From assembly GCF_001194135.2 (NCBI RefSeq), contig NC_068992.1:15185096-15241805 (forward strand): DNA of 56,710 nucleotides. Direction: 5' to 3'. Position 1 is the stretch's first letter; every line of letters begins with the position of its first letter. A program made the translations under genes and the position numbers. This document shows, one piece after another, positions 1 through 12,800 of the stretch. The notes beneath the pieces are model-generated. The model was not told the DNA's origin. It worked only from the letters and a program-made list of their open reading frames with translations, and did not search any database. The stretch is from Octopus bimaculoides. Its lineage: Eukaryota.

Positions 1-26
<26 letters not shown>

Positions 27-31
<5 letters not shown>

Positions 32-200
32 AAAGACGTAAAGACTATTTTTCTTCAACATAATGTGGCTGTCTTAGAAGGGACGATTGTTACTTTTGTT
101 TAGCCCAGAAAACAATCGTCCCATTCCTAGGTTAAACAACAGTAATAATCGTCCCTTCCAAGACAGCCACATTATGTTGGCAAAATAGTTTTTACTTTAA
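27..200. mobile_element. Fold-back/MITE-like palindromic element
   Basis: Arm 56-94 (caacataatgtggctgtcttagaagggacgattgttact) is the reverse complement of 141-179 with 2 mismatches. Pairing extends imperfectly outward to about 27/200 and inward to about 105/128. Confidence 0.65.
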
Positions 201-258
201 AGAACTGTTACTGAATATCCCTCTTTGAGAGATTTAGAAATAATGTTTCTATAAAAGA

Positions 259-270
<12 letters not shown>

Positions 271-342
<72 letters not shown>
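271..342. repeat. (GT)n microsatellite
   Basis: Perfect dinucleotide run. Confidence 0.95.
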
Positions 343-343
<1 letters not shown>

Positions 344-344
<1 letters not shown>

Positions 345-520
345 TGACTTCGGCCATGCAGGAGCACCGCTTTTAGTCGAACAAATCAACTCCAGGACTT
401 ATTGTTTGTAAGCCTAGTACTTACTCTATCGGTTTTCTTTTGCCGAACCGCTAGATTACGGAGAAGTAAACACACCAACATCGGTTGTCAGGCGATGGTG
501 TGGAGACAAACAGACACACA
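344..520 (-). mobile_element. tRNA-derived SINE family A, 3' portion
   Basis: Reverse complement matches the 3' half of the full copy at 38531-38940 (ttttgccgaaccgcta, aagcctagtactta, acatcggttgtca). Confidence 0.85.
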
Positions 521-1111
521 AAATATACACACACATATATACATATATATTTATTTATTTATTGATAGATATATGTATATATAAGTACACACACACACAT
601 ATATATATATATATACACACGCACACATATACACATATTTACATATATGTCTGTATATATTTATATATGCATTTCTATGTATATATGTTAACAGCCATCC
701 ATATATACATACGAATGTGTATGGAGGCGTGTATACATATATCGATTTTATAACGGAGGGAATAACAAAAGGCTTGAACAAAACAATAATGTGTAATAAA
801 TTGAAACTTTCAGTAAATAGATAAAGAGATATCAATAGGATATTTCTTTGTGCTTGCAAAAAAATGCAAAAATTATGTCAGCATTAAATTGGTTTTGTCT
901 ATATTTGGCCTTGTAGGATCAGAAATCGTTAGGAGTGGATGTACTTTGACAAGATATTTTCTGTACAATATATTATATCTCTACACTGTATGCTTGTACA
1001 TACACAGTGATATACACATATACTTGTGTATATGGACACACATACACACACACACACATATATATATATATGTATATATACATATAAGTATGCATGTATT
1101 TATATATGTAA

Positions 1112-1157
<46 letters not shown>

Positions 1158-1501
1158 NNNNNNNNNNNNNNNNNNNNNNNNNNNNNNNNNNNNNNNNNNN
1201 NNNNNNNNNNNNNNNNNNNNNNNNNNNNNNNNNNNNNNNNNNNNNNNNNNNNNNNNNNNNNNNNNNNNNNNNNNNNNNNNNNNNNNNNNNNNNNNNNNNN
1301 NNNNNNNNNNNNNNNNNNNNNNNNNNNNNNNNNNNNNNNNNNNNNNNNNNNNNNNNNNNNNNNNNNNNNNNNNNNNNNNNNNNNNNNNNNNNNNNNNNNN
1401 NNNNNNNNNNNNNNNNNNNNNNNNNNNNNNNNNNNNNNNNNNNNNNNNNNNNNNNNNNNNNNNNNNNNNNNNNNNNNNNNNNNNNNNNNNNNNNNNNNNN
1501 N
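1158..1501. other. Assembly gap (N run) between microsatellites; other large gaps at 8722-9165, 33250-33791 and 34482-34890
   Basis: N characters flanked by (TA)n/(CA)n. These generate the long X-rich ORFs in the track. Confidence 0.99.
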
Positions 1502-1576
<75 letters not shown>

Positions 1577-1609
1577 AAGATACATATATCTATATACATA
1601 TATAATCCT

Positions 1610-1975
1610 TTCTACTGAGTTGGCAGAATCATTAGCTGATGAGACATAGTGCTTTGGCGTATTTTTTCCGGCTCTTTCCACACTGAGTTCAAATCCTGCT
1701 GGAGTTAAATTTGCAAATCATTCCTCCGAGAACTATAAAATAACGTATCAGGAGTGTTCTGGTATCAAATTTTTTTTACCATGTCACCCTTTAAAAAGAT
1801 TGCCGGTCTCGTGCTTAAATCAGAAATTATTATCAAATTCTGCCGAGGTCGACTTTGCCTTTCATCCTTTAGGGTTCGATAAATTAAGCACCAGTCAAAT
1901 ACTAGGGTCGATGTGATCGACTAGTCCCCTCCGCCAAAATTCCAGGCCTTGTGACTTTAGTGGAAAGGATAATTA
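1610..1975 (+). mobile_element. SINE family E: divergent variant copy followed by the body of a canonical copy
   Basis: A-box-like tggcagaatcattag and B-box-like gagttcaaatcc. 1610-1830 closely resembles 19970-20205. 1835-1975 carries gccgaggtcgactttgcctttcatcc...gtcgatgtgatcgact. Confidence 0.75.
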
Positions 1976-2969
1976 TGCGCCACCTGAGATATCAATTTAA
2001 TCTATGAGTATCTTTACATTAAACTGACAAACCAATATATTATATGTACCTGCATTAAACTCTTTAATCGTACCTCCTTTTCCCCTCATATCATAGTATC
2101 TCCTAAATCCAACATTGATCTGAATATTCACAAGAAATAAATTCACTTTATTTATAGAGTATGCGTGGATAACCAGGTTTAAATCTGCAATTCCCATAGA
2201 GTATCATCATTTACTTTCAAACGTCAAATTAGAACTACTCAGATATTTCCCCAATGTGTACAACTATATCTTCAGTTCAGAAGCCTATAATTAAGCTATC
2301 TCTATAAGAAAAAAAATTATACTTTATATATTTATTTCTAAAACCACTTACGTGTCAACATTGCTGGATTATTATTAGAAATCCCATTTAATAGAAAGTC
2401 AGATATTAATAATGATTTAGCATTTGAAAAATAACTTCAGATATTTTCAAACACATTAATAACTTATTCCTAATATTAAATCAAATTGAAAAAGAAATCA
2501 ACAATTATACCCCACCNNNNNNNNNNNNNNNNNNNNNNNNNNNNNNNNNNNNNNNNNNNNNNNNNNNNNNNNNNNNNNNNNNNNNNNNNNNNNNNNNNNN
2601 NNNNNNNNNNNNNNNNAGAAATATATATATATATATATATATATGTATGCATATATATGTGATATATGTTTGTGTGTGTATAGATATATGTATATAAGCT
2701 TTTTCTGCAGAAAATGTCTAGATTCAATATCTACTACGCGTTTATCAATCACCGCCATAATTAAATAACTCTAATTTTATTGTTACTTTACTCCATTTTA
2801 ATTTATTCGATGCTATACTTAAAACTTCTACATTCAGCTTAGTTCCTATTTTCACTTACTACTAAATTAGATATTTTATAATATATTATATATAGATTTC
2901 TCATTTTCTTATATACTCCCACTTAAGACATATAACTAGATAAACTATACTATCTTGACTTTCTTTATC

Positions 2970-2974
<5 letters not shown>

Positions 2975-3042
<68 letters not shown>
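2975..3042. repeat. (CT)n microsatellite
   Basis: Perfect dinucleotide run. Confidence 0.95.
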
Positions 3043-3046
<4 letters not shown>

Positions 3047-3520
3047 CTGTATGTGTGTTTATGTGTGATTTTAATTATTAAAGTTAGCAGAATGTGTAGC
3101 GTTATACAGCTAACTACACACATAAAATGAGAGCGGTTAAGTAAAACGCTAGAATTAACACAAATGATCGTGATGTACGATTAATTCACTAAATCGAATT
3201 ATACAATTGTTGGCTTTCGTGTTTTGTCATAAATTATATGTCACGTTTATTTTGAAAATATAGTCATTTACAGATATATTGGCATCCTTAATTGCCATTG
3301 GAACTCACTTCTAATATGTCACAATTTACAAAATTTATACAATAATCATAAATTGAAACTATTTCTCCATCGCCTGCCTTTTTCCCCCCTCACCATTACA
3401 TCTTTCTGGTAAATTAAAGCAATTCTCTAAAAAGTTTCTTAAATGAAATTACAGTTATCTCCCTTCATTACTTTCTAATTATTCATTACTTTCTAATTAT
3501 TCATAAATTATTTTCTTGCT

Positions 3521-3706
3521 TCTATATGTACAAGGCCTGAAAATTTTAGAGTAGGGTATAGTCAATTACATCGACTTCATGCTCAAACTTTTATAGACCT
3601 CGAAAGCATAAAAGGCAAAGTCGACTTCGACGGAATTTGAACACAGAGCGGAAAACCATATAGTATTTTGTCCAGCATGCTCTCCATTCTATGAGCTCAC
3701 GGCCTT
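3521..3706 (-). mobile_element. SINE family E monomer
   Basis: aaaggcaaagtcgacttcgacggaatttgaac and gagctcacggcctt are the reverse complement of the family E head and body. Confidence 0.75.
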
Positions 3707-3866
3707 AATATTCCCACTATAAATATTTCATTTCTATATACCACTTTCCAATTCGGATGTCATCCTTCAAAAGGTAGTATCAGTTTTTCAAGACAAATAT
3801 TACACTCGTTCTATATAGCTGAATCTCCCTCGCTACTTAACTTTCAAAATTAAATATCATTTCAAG

Positions 3867-3913
<47 letters not shown>

Positions 3914-3965
3914 AGATAGAGAGAGAGACACAGAGAAAGAGAGAGAGAGAGAAAGAAAGAGAGAA

Positions 3966-3998
<33 letters not shown>

Positions 3999-4529
3999 AA
4001 GAGAGAGAGAGAAAGCGAGCAACATACACACTCGTGGTTTCTTAAAACATTAATTAAGAATTTTGAGGAGGGTGCAAGAAGCAAAGAACATTTTAGAAAA
4101 ATTATATAAGTAAATGAGTGGAAATCGAACCGGTGTGTGTGTGTGTGTTAATTAATAAGGCATTAAGACAGAATTACTATACCCAGACACAATAAAATAT
4201 GCTTCAACACACGAATTCACATAAGGAATCTTGCGAACCAAATACAAAAACGAAATGAAATTACTTAAAAGTTTAACTGTAAAATATTATTGAAACAACA
4301 ACGCAGTTTAATGACTTCATTCGTATGGGTCTTAAGACATTTATGATATTACCGTGAGAATCAGAAATGGAATCAAAACTTGAGCCTGAAGTAACTGTTT
4401 TTTGCATGTCATTTACAAGGGTTTTTAAACAAAAGGACATAATGCTAAGCAATTTTTTCAAACTTTCATTTCGCATTTAGAAATATTCAAACAGTGAATA
4501 CGCCGAAAGAAACGCAGGCTCGACTCACT

Positions 4530-5677
4530 AAGCTAATAACTGGAAATGAGTAACTCCGAATACTGATGATTGGATGCATGATTTCCTGAAAGGCAGAAGT
4601 CAAACTGTCACAGCAAATGGTGCTCTCACTGAAGTGACACCAATCCTCAGCAGAGTCCCCCAGGGAACAGTACTGGGACCACTATTGTTTGTGGTTGTTC
4701 TCTCGGACATGCCCACAGTCACACTCACAAGATATGCCGATGATACAAAAGTATCGCAGGCGGTCAAGGATCCTACTGACATCTAAGGACTGCAGAATGA
4801 CCTGAACGCAATATATAAAGGGGCAGATGAGAATAATATGCAGTTCAATGCCGCAAAATTTCAAGCACTCCGCTATCAAACTACAAACAAACTACAGCTG
4901 AAGTACACCGGACCAGCAGGAAATGCAATCCCAGAGTTAGAGTCGGTGCGGGACCAGGGAATCCACATGAGCAACGACGCAACTTTCTATGTGCACATTG
5001 CTCAGATGGCAACACTCTGCAGGCGATTGGCAGGTTGGATCCTTAGATCCTCCAGGACTAGGAAGAGAGACACAATGCTTGTCTTGACTACTGCTCCCAA
5101 CTGTTGTCCCCACAGAGTGCAAGACTAATTGCGGAACCAGAGGCAATCCAACGCCACTACACAAATAAGATAGACTCAGTAAAACGCATGGGCTACTGGG
5201 AGAGGTTGAAAGAACTGAGACTCTAATCCCTGAAGAGGAGACGTGAGAGATATGCAGTGCTATACATATGGAACATAATGGAGGGTCTAGGTCCAAATTT
5301 CGGGATCGAAATTTACAACAATCCCCGAACTGGACGGCACTGCACAGTACCAAAGCTCCCATCTTTCCCATCGAGAATACAAACCCAATATTGCAATAGC
5401 TTGGGATTCAAAGGACAACAACTTTTCAATGCCCTACCACAGAAAATCAGGAATCTGCAAGGAGAAGACACGGAAGTCTTCATAAAACGTCTAGACGTTT
5501 TTTTTTATCTGCAACATCGGATGAACCACATCGCGGCAGGAGGCACAAAGAAGAGCGGCAACATTCAACTCACTACTTCACCAGAAGCTATACTGGAAAA
5601 TCTCTGGATGCAGTAAAAGCGGTGCACCAGTATGGCCTCAGCCTCTGGCTGACACTCGTAAAAAGAAGAAATAAAAG

Positions 5678-5680
<3 letters not shown>
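4530..5680 (+). mobile_element. 5'-truncated, degenerate non-LTR retrotransposon (CR1/L2-type LINE) RT and C-terminal region
   Basis: ORF pieces 4574-4786 (VPQGTVLGPLLF...YADDT, RT motifs), 4838-5128 (MQFNAAKF...VRDQGIHMS) and 5257-5616 (preceded by RRRERY). Interrupted by stops and frameshifts; ends in an A-rich tail before (TA)n. Confidence 0.9.
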
Positions 5681-5715
<35 letters not shown>

Positions 5716-5753
5716 NNNNNNNNNNNNNNNNNNNNNNNNNNNNNNNNNNNNNN

Positions 5754-5792
<39 letters not shown>

Positions 5793-5794
5793 TG

Positions 5795-6300
5795 CATATA
5801 CGGGTACGAGACGTCACTAACAGTAAATAACATGAAATGCGAAAACAAATGAGTTCAATACACAAACAACGAGAGGAACAAATGGAAAGCAAGACAAGTA
5901 ACATAAAGAACGACCCTGCATCATTTGTCGGCTGTCTATCTACTCCTCATTTCGAGCATTAAGCGATAGTATGAGTCGTCGAAGACAGTTGCTTCCATAA
6001 ATACCAAAATATAATTTGGGATTTATGGAGGGTCAAAGTTGGGAACAAAAACAGAACAGGGGAGACATGCAAGGAAACCGAACGAAAACAAATGGAGGGT
6101 CATTAGACCAGAACGAGGGTAAAATAGCGAATGCTGGAGAAATATTTTCTTTGACTAGAGAAAAGATAGAAGGGAGATAGGATACGTCCAGTCATTAGGA
6201 CAGTTCTGAGAGAAAAGAAAAATGATCACGTGAGGAAAAGAAAGATGGACAATGGTCACGTGTGAGCAACGAGCGAGAGAACAGGAAAGAGAGAGAGAGA
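5795..6300 (-). mobile_element. Possible Penelope-like or other retroelement remnant
   Basis: Strongly strand-skewed segment starting at a (TA)n tract, with gacagccgacaaatgatgcaggg on minus. The assignment rests on recalled similarity only. Confidence 0.25.
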
Positions 6301-6442
6301 GAGGGAGAGAGAGAGAGAGGGAGAGAGAGAGAGAGAGAGAGAGAAGCAGATAGAAAACGGTGACGGGGAAAAGAAAGGGAATTATAGAAAGGATGAGAAG
6401 GAAAAAGATGGGGGAGAAAAACAGTATAAAGTAGAGTCGCAT

Positions 6443-6667
6443 CAAACTACTTCTGCTCGTGATCAGAGATGCACATATCGTTAGCCACCAAGGGACAGTT
6501 TAGCTGATTAAGGTCAAGCAACTAACAAGCAAATTTGTTGTATTGAACGGAATATTTGTTGTAGACCATCTTTTATACCAAGACAAAACAAATACATGAT
6601 AACACTTCCAATTAATTAAGATTAGAAGCCAAGAGAGCCACTTCCTGGTACTGTATCAGGGCGTTCA

Positions 6668-6724
<57 letters not shown>
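6443..6724. mobile_element. Family T interspersed repeat, copy 1, ending in (TTA)n
   Basis: Aligns with 8337-8721 and 35630-35950 (actacttctgctc..gatcagagatgcacatatcg..ataccaagacaaaacaa..gagccact). Same right end at the (TTA)n tract. Confidence 0.85.
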
Positions 6725-6725
<1 letters not shown>

Positions 6726-7758
6726 GTCTTTACTCAGACTCCTGCTGTAAATTGAACTTGTCCATATTAAAGAATGTGAAAATAATCTCCTCCAAGTTAG
6801 GTGGACAAGACATCCCACGTAAATGTTCTCGAGGGGAAGTGAAACGCTATAATGAAAACCAGCAAAACATTCATGGAATTTCAATGCATTTTCCACATAC
6901 AGGATTGAATTAAATGGTCTCGTAGTAGTTTCTTGGGACTTGGTACCCCTTTGGAACTGGATACCTATTTAAAATTACGAACCTATTTCTAGCTTAGAGC
7001 TAGATACCGGCGTATAGTTCTGCTTGTGGCAGGATACGAACGGCTGTTCCCTTGGCAGGTTGTCCAGCACTCTCTTAATTTATCTACGCTTTCATAAAAT
7101 ATCTCAAGATGCAAGTTTTCATGCTGTTAAGTAAGAACCTATCTTGATTTGTCCATCGGTCAAGATATTTTTCTGGTATTTTTGCTGCGACCATCTTCCA
7201 GTATTTCACGGGTACCTATTTCATCTATTTCCGAAGAATTCTATTTCATTGGAATTTGTTCCCAGAATAATTTGAGCGTTAGATTTGCTGATTATCATAC
7301 CACCCCCATTATATGATTAAATTTAACTATTTTCTAAACTTTAACCATAAACTTCCAGTGATTTCCCGGTTTATTCTAAAATGACATCTCTCCTAATTAA
7401 TACTTGTTTCAAATTTTACTAACTAAACTTTTGAAACAGTTTCCATATAAACCTTTCCGTTTAAAATTCTTGAGACAGAATTAAGTTTCTATTTCTTGTT
7501 GCAATTTGGCCAAATTTTCTCTGAAAGAAATCATGATGTTATTTCAAATTTCTACAACACCTAATTATTGATTGTTCCAACAAGTCAAGCGTAAACTAAC
7601 ATTTTACGAACGTAAACCTAGTAATATAACGCAAAATTTTTGCATAGAATGAATGTGTGTATGTGTGTTTGTGAGTTGAGACTAAAAGAAAGACAAAAAA
7701 AACGAAAGAATTTATCTAAAAGAATGGTGAAAAGTCAGTGTGGCAGGCAATCGCTGAA

Positions 7759-7793
<35 letters not shown>

Positions 7794-8336
7794 GACTGTG
7801 GAACATATACTGCTATGGAAAGAGACAGAGTAAGCAAGCAAGCAAGAAAGAAAGCAAGAAAGAAAGCGATGCAGAGATAGAGAAGAGAGGTAGAACAATC
7901 ATTACATCACAATAGATGAGATTTCTGTTTTGCTAACATTTCAGAAGCCTCTGTGAGAGGTAGCATCGGGGTGGGGGTGGATATTATTTTATTTCGAGTT
8001 GCCTCATCGGCCTCGACGTGATATTTATAATCTGGTATTACTTGTTGGATAACAAAGCAGATCACGACCTACGTTGAGAACTCGAAGCAACTCAGCGTTG
8101 TAATTAATACATTTAAGGAAAATGCGGCTGGCAGCATTTTAAGGGAGCGCTTCAATGAGAGTTTCAGCTGCGTAGATAATGTACCTTGCATGAACATCCT
8201 CATATGCAAGTATTATCATCATCATCATCATTATTATTATTATTATTATTATCATCATCATCATTATCATCATCATCATTATTATTATCATCATCATCAC
8301 TATTATTATCATCATTATTATTATTATTATTATTAT

Positions 8337-8683
8337 TGAGTGAGAGAGCGATGCATGCCATCAAAGTGACACCGGGGTAAAACATGTTTCCAAAGATGAA
8401 TTATTCAAATCCCCCAAAATTCCTCTCAATACCTGGCTATGATGCTCCCCAACTACTTCTGCTCATGATCAGAGATGCACATATCGTCAGCCACCAAGGG
8501 ACATGCTCAACTGGTTAAGGTCAAACAACTGACAAGCACATCTGTGGTATTGAGCAGAATATTTGCTGTAGCCCATCTTTTTATACCAAGACAAAACAAT
8601 GTACATGATAACACTTCCAATCAATTAAGATCAGAAGCCATGAGAGCCACTGCCTGATACTGCATCCGGGCATTTTATCATCA

Positions 8684-8721
<38 letters not shown>
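8337..8721. mobile_element. Family T interspersed repeat, copy 2, flanked on both sides by TTA/TCA triplet tracts
   Basis: Longest copy. Left flank is the 8210-8337 (TTA/TCA)n tract and right flank is 8676-8721. Confidence 0.85.
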
Positions 8722-9165
8722 NNNNNNNNNNNNNNNNNNNNNNNNNNNNNNNNNNNNNNNNNNNNNNNNNNNNNNNNNNNNNNNNNNNNNNNNNNNNNNN
8801 NNNNNNNNNNNNNNNNNNNNNNNNNNNNNNNNNNNNNNNNNNNNNNNNNNNNNNNNNNNNNNNNNNNNNNNNNNNNNNNNNNNNNNNNNNNNNNNNNNNN
8901 NNNNNNNNNNNNNNNNNNNNNNNNNNNNNNNNNNNNNNNNNNNNNNNNNNNNNNNNNNNNNNNNNNNNNNNNNNNNNNNNNNNNNNNNNNNNNNNNNNNN
9001 NNNNNNNNNNNNNNNNNNNNNNNNNNNNNNNNNNNNNNNNNNNNNNNNNNNNNNNNNNNNNNNNNNNNNNNNNNNNNNNNNNNNNNNNNNNNNNNNNNNN
9101 NNNNNNNNNNNNNNNNNNNNNNNNNNNNNNNNNNNNNNNNNNNNNNNNNNNNNNNNNNNNNNNNN

Positions 9166-9224
<59 letters not shown>

Positions 9225-9440
9225 CGGGGAGAAGTTAATGTAATCGCCTTACCTAAGTCTTCCTCAAAATTCTAGGTCTTGTGCTACAGTTAGAAAGAGT
9301 TATCGTCAACATCATCATGAACAGCGTTAATATTTCTACTTTAGCAATATAGTGAGAAATGTAATGGTGGATAGAAACGATGAAGTACGCGGGGAAATTG
9401 TAAGCATCGACATGGGCGAGCGTGCTGTTCCGTTTCTAAG

Positions 9441-9581
9441 GATTTATTCTTTGTAAGCCTAGTACTTATTCTAGCGGTCACTTTTGCCGAACCGCTAAGT
9501 TACGGGGACGTAAACACATCAACATCGGTTGTCAAGCGATGTTTTTTTTTTGGAGGGGGGGGCAGACAGACTGACTGACAG

Positions 9582-9617
<36 letters not shown>

Positions 9618-9775
9618 GTATACGACGGGCTTCTTCCAGTTTCCATCTACCAAATTGACTCAGAAGGCTTTAGTCGGCACTAGGCTATAGAAGCTACTGG
9701 CGCAAGGTGCCACGCAGTGGGACTGAACTTGGAACCATGTGGCTGGGGAGCAAGCTACTTACTACACAGCCATGC

Positions 9776-9778
<3 letters not shown>
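9441..9778 (-). mobile_element. tRNA-derived SINE family A, near full length
   Basis: Reverse complement of the 38531-38940 copy, including the head (agctacttactacacagccatgcc) and the internal (CA)n/(TA)n tract. Confidence 0.9.
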
Positions 9779-9809
<31 letters not shown>

Positions 9810-10435
9810 TGGGGTGGTTGATGTAATCGACTTACCTGTCTTCCTCAAAATTGTACTTGTTCATGTTCCCCATGGAAAGAACTTTGAGGGTGGAGAGAGA
9901 CTGTCACACACACGCGCGCGCGCCCGCGCAGATATATATATATATATACAAATATGAAAGAATAGCTGTGTTAAAAATTCAAATGTGAAAAAAAAAACTC
10001 AATAACAGGTATAATGTAGATGATAAAATTTACATACACCCTAGTATTACTGTCATGTTTTAGCTGAGATTCAGCCAATCACGTAAATTAGTCTTCTTTG
10101 TATTGAAATATCGTATGAGATGAAATAAAATATAAATTAGTTTATTCAACTATTTGATGTTATCAGAACGTCTTTCTAATTGGTCTGTGCTAAAATTCCC
10201 TAGTTTCTCTTTTACATATATGAAAACAAAAATAACGAATTTTTATATGAAGAAATATTTTTCAGGTGTTGAGTAATTCACAGTATTTCAGCCAATATTT
10301 CGATTTATAAGGATAGAATATATAAAATCTAAATATTTATTCAAGATAGAAAACATACAAAACAATATATATTTTTTTTTTATCTGAAAAATAAAGATCT
10401 CAACTGCTATTACCCTGTTCATAATGTTTGGTATG

Positions 10436-10841
10436 GTTTTCTTTTTCTGGCACTCCGTCGCTTACGACGTCGAGGGTTCCAGTTGATCCGATCAACGGAA
10501 CAGCCTGCTCGTGAAATTAACGTGCAAGTGGCTGAGCACTCCACAGACACGTGTACCCTTAACTTAGTTCTCGGGGATATTCAGCGTGACACAATGTGAC
10601 GAGGCTGACCCTTTGAATTACAAGCACAACAGAAACAGGAAGTTAGAGTGAGAGAAAGTTGTGGTGAATGAGTACAGCAGGGTTCGCCTCCATCCCCTGC
10701 CGGAGCCTCGTGGAGCTTTAGGTGTTTTCGCTCAATAAACATTCACAACGCCCGGTCTGGGAATCGAAATCGTGATCCTATGACCGCGAGCCCTATGACC
10801 GCGAGCCCGCTGCCCTAACCACTGGGCCATTGCACCTCCAC
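10436..10841 (-). mobile_element. tRNA-derived SINE family B, full length with TSD
   Basis: Reverse complement of 37672-38072. 14-bp target-site duplication taatgtttggtatg at 10422-10435 and 10842-10855. Confidence 0.93.
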
Positions 10842-11013
10842 TAATGTTTGGTATGATATATGCTACTCGCAATTTTTATATTTTATTGTTGTTTTCCAAA
10901 ATTATGATGCCTAATTGAGAAATTCATTAGAACACCAGTCAGATTGCTTTGCAGTAAATGTCCCGGCTTTCTACACTCTCAGTCCAAAACCTACCAAGGT
11001 TAAATTTACCTTT

Positions 11014-11210
11014 AAGGCGGCAAGTGGGCAGAATCATTAGCACGCCGGATAAAATGCTTAATAGCATTTCGTCCGTCTTTACGGACTTTGCCTTTCAATC
11101 TTTCGGGGCTGAAAAAAGAAGTACCAGTTGAGCAGTGGGGGTCGAGAGTATCAACTTACCCCGACCCCGATAATTGCAGACTATGTGCTTCTAGTAGAAA
11201 GCAGAATTAT
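11014..11210 (+). mobile_element. SINE family E monomer
   Basis: aaggcggcaagtgggcagaatcattagcacgccgg head and gactttgcctttcaatctttcgggg body. Confidence 0.85.
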
Positions 11211-12175
11211 TTTTCAAAATGCATGTGCATTTTGATAAACTAATGTCTTGACATCTTTTCGAAATTTTGGAAGAATACAAATACTGATAAAATTGTCCAT
11301 TAAATATATTTGCTAACCGAGTATAATATTTATATGGATACGTAATATTAATGTATTAGCTGTAAAACATTTTGCACAGCAAAATTCATGAGTTTGAAAT
11401 GCAATAAATGAGGTTTTCAATGGCAATTTGTGTGATTAAGACAATCAAGCATAGGAAATATACTGTAGAACATCGTTTAATATCTTTGCTATTGGTCTTT
11501 GTTATTTATGCTGCAAAATTATGTACACATTTGAAATTATATTTGACATTGCTATTAATTGTTTTTCACACACACACACACACACACACACTCTCACATA
11601 CATATGTATGTATATATGTTTGTATGTATGTATGTATGGATGGATGGATGCATAGAACATCAGAAATAACACTGCATTATACTATGTACATCAGCCAAAC
11701 CATTGAACGAAGTAGTACCTCAAAATTTCTCAAATTACCAAAAACGTTGTCTGCTTATTGTTTACATTCCTTCTCAGTTCATAAACTTCAAAATCGATCA
11801 CGTTAGCACGGCGTACAGTCATGGGGCTCTCTCCAACACAACCATATTTTATCATTTATGATTTAATTCAGGATACGGATAAGTCAGCTATCCTCTTATA
11901 TATTAACTAACAGAAATACCCGGCGTTGACCTGGGTTAAAGAAGATAATGAAATTTTAAAACGCCGTCTAAATTACGCAGGTCTCAAGTGATAGTAGCTG
12001 AGATACCAACTTTCTACATTAATAACACTCCAACCCATGCCAGCATGGAACATAGACGTTAAGTGAAATGTTGAAAGAAAGTTTTCAACTCATATATGTA
12101 TATAAAATAAATACACGTAATTCAAAAACACGTTTGGTCTAACTTATTTCGTAACCAAAAAACAGGTACAGATTA

Positions 12176-12800
12176 TTAACAATGAAAGGTCGATTTTGGT
12201 GATTCATTTGACAGAGGTAGTAGAGAGCCAATCCGATGATAAATCTGACCTTGGATTTTGAAAGTTTGCATGAATCCTGGCTCAGTTAAGTCTCTTGTTA
12301 TCTGTAGTGCAGCATTATATTGTCTAATTTTGTTTTGGAAGTGCTTGGAAACTTGGTCAGTTGATGACAACAGTTTCATCAATGGCTCTGGTGGTTGGGG
12401 GCATTGCAGGGAGTTTAATCTTTCCACCACTGCAGCACAGTGCAGGTGTCTCTCCAGACCACTTCCTTGCTTTACAATGTATGCACTCAGTTGTCATTGC
12501 ATCAATGGAAAACTCTTGTGTCATCTGCATAATGAACTGTTGGATCATAACTGAAAGCTGCTTCATAGAATTTGCTTCTCTGAGCTGTTGCAACTGCTCT
12601 TTGTTCTGCAGTGGAGATCCTATTCCTTGTCACCTGTTCATACCTCTGTTCGTCACTTTGATGTTCTGGCTATTGTAGTGCACAGTCTGTTTGTTTCTCC
12701 GTATGGTTTCCTTTCTGCAGCTGTCTCTCTTTCCCTGGACAGACATTCCTTTGGCTGACATTGACATTGTAGACATATTTGACACTTTCCTTCTAGCCAT
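12176..12800 (-). pseudogene. Frameshifted Helitron Rep/helicase N-terminal region
   Basis: Across frames: MARRK...AAFSYDP...CIHCKARKWSGETPALCCSGGKIKLP...PPEPLMKLL...HFQNKIRQYNA...TFKIQGQIYHRIGSLLP. This is the typical RepHel zinc-finger-like N-terminus; HUH and helicase motifs are absent. Confidence 0.88.

Noticed and set aside
402-1681. Long ORFs such as 850-1605 and the many YIYI/HTHT/CVCV/SLSL/poly-X ORFs throughout the window
   Set aside because: They are translations of microsatellites and N gaps, not genes.
3464-3504. 18-bp tandem duplication ttcattactttctaatta (similar small ones near 36475-36545 and 54705-54730)
   Set aside because: Ordinary slippage duplications with no further structure.
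6724-7310. Segment ending on minus at an (AAT)n tract, suspected to be another Dong copy
   Set aside because: No Dong or other recognisable protein motif in the frames I translated; left unclassified.
8210-8337. Regular repeat/spacer-looking tracts considered as CRISPR-like arrays
   Set aside because: Simple TTA/TCA triplet repeats; no fixed repeat with unique spacers and no cas genes anywhere in the window.
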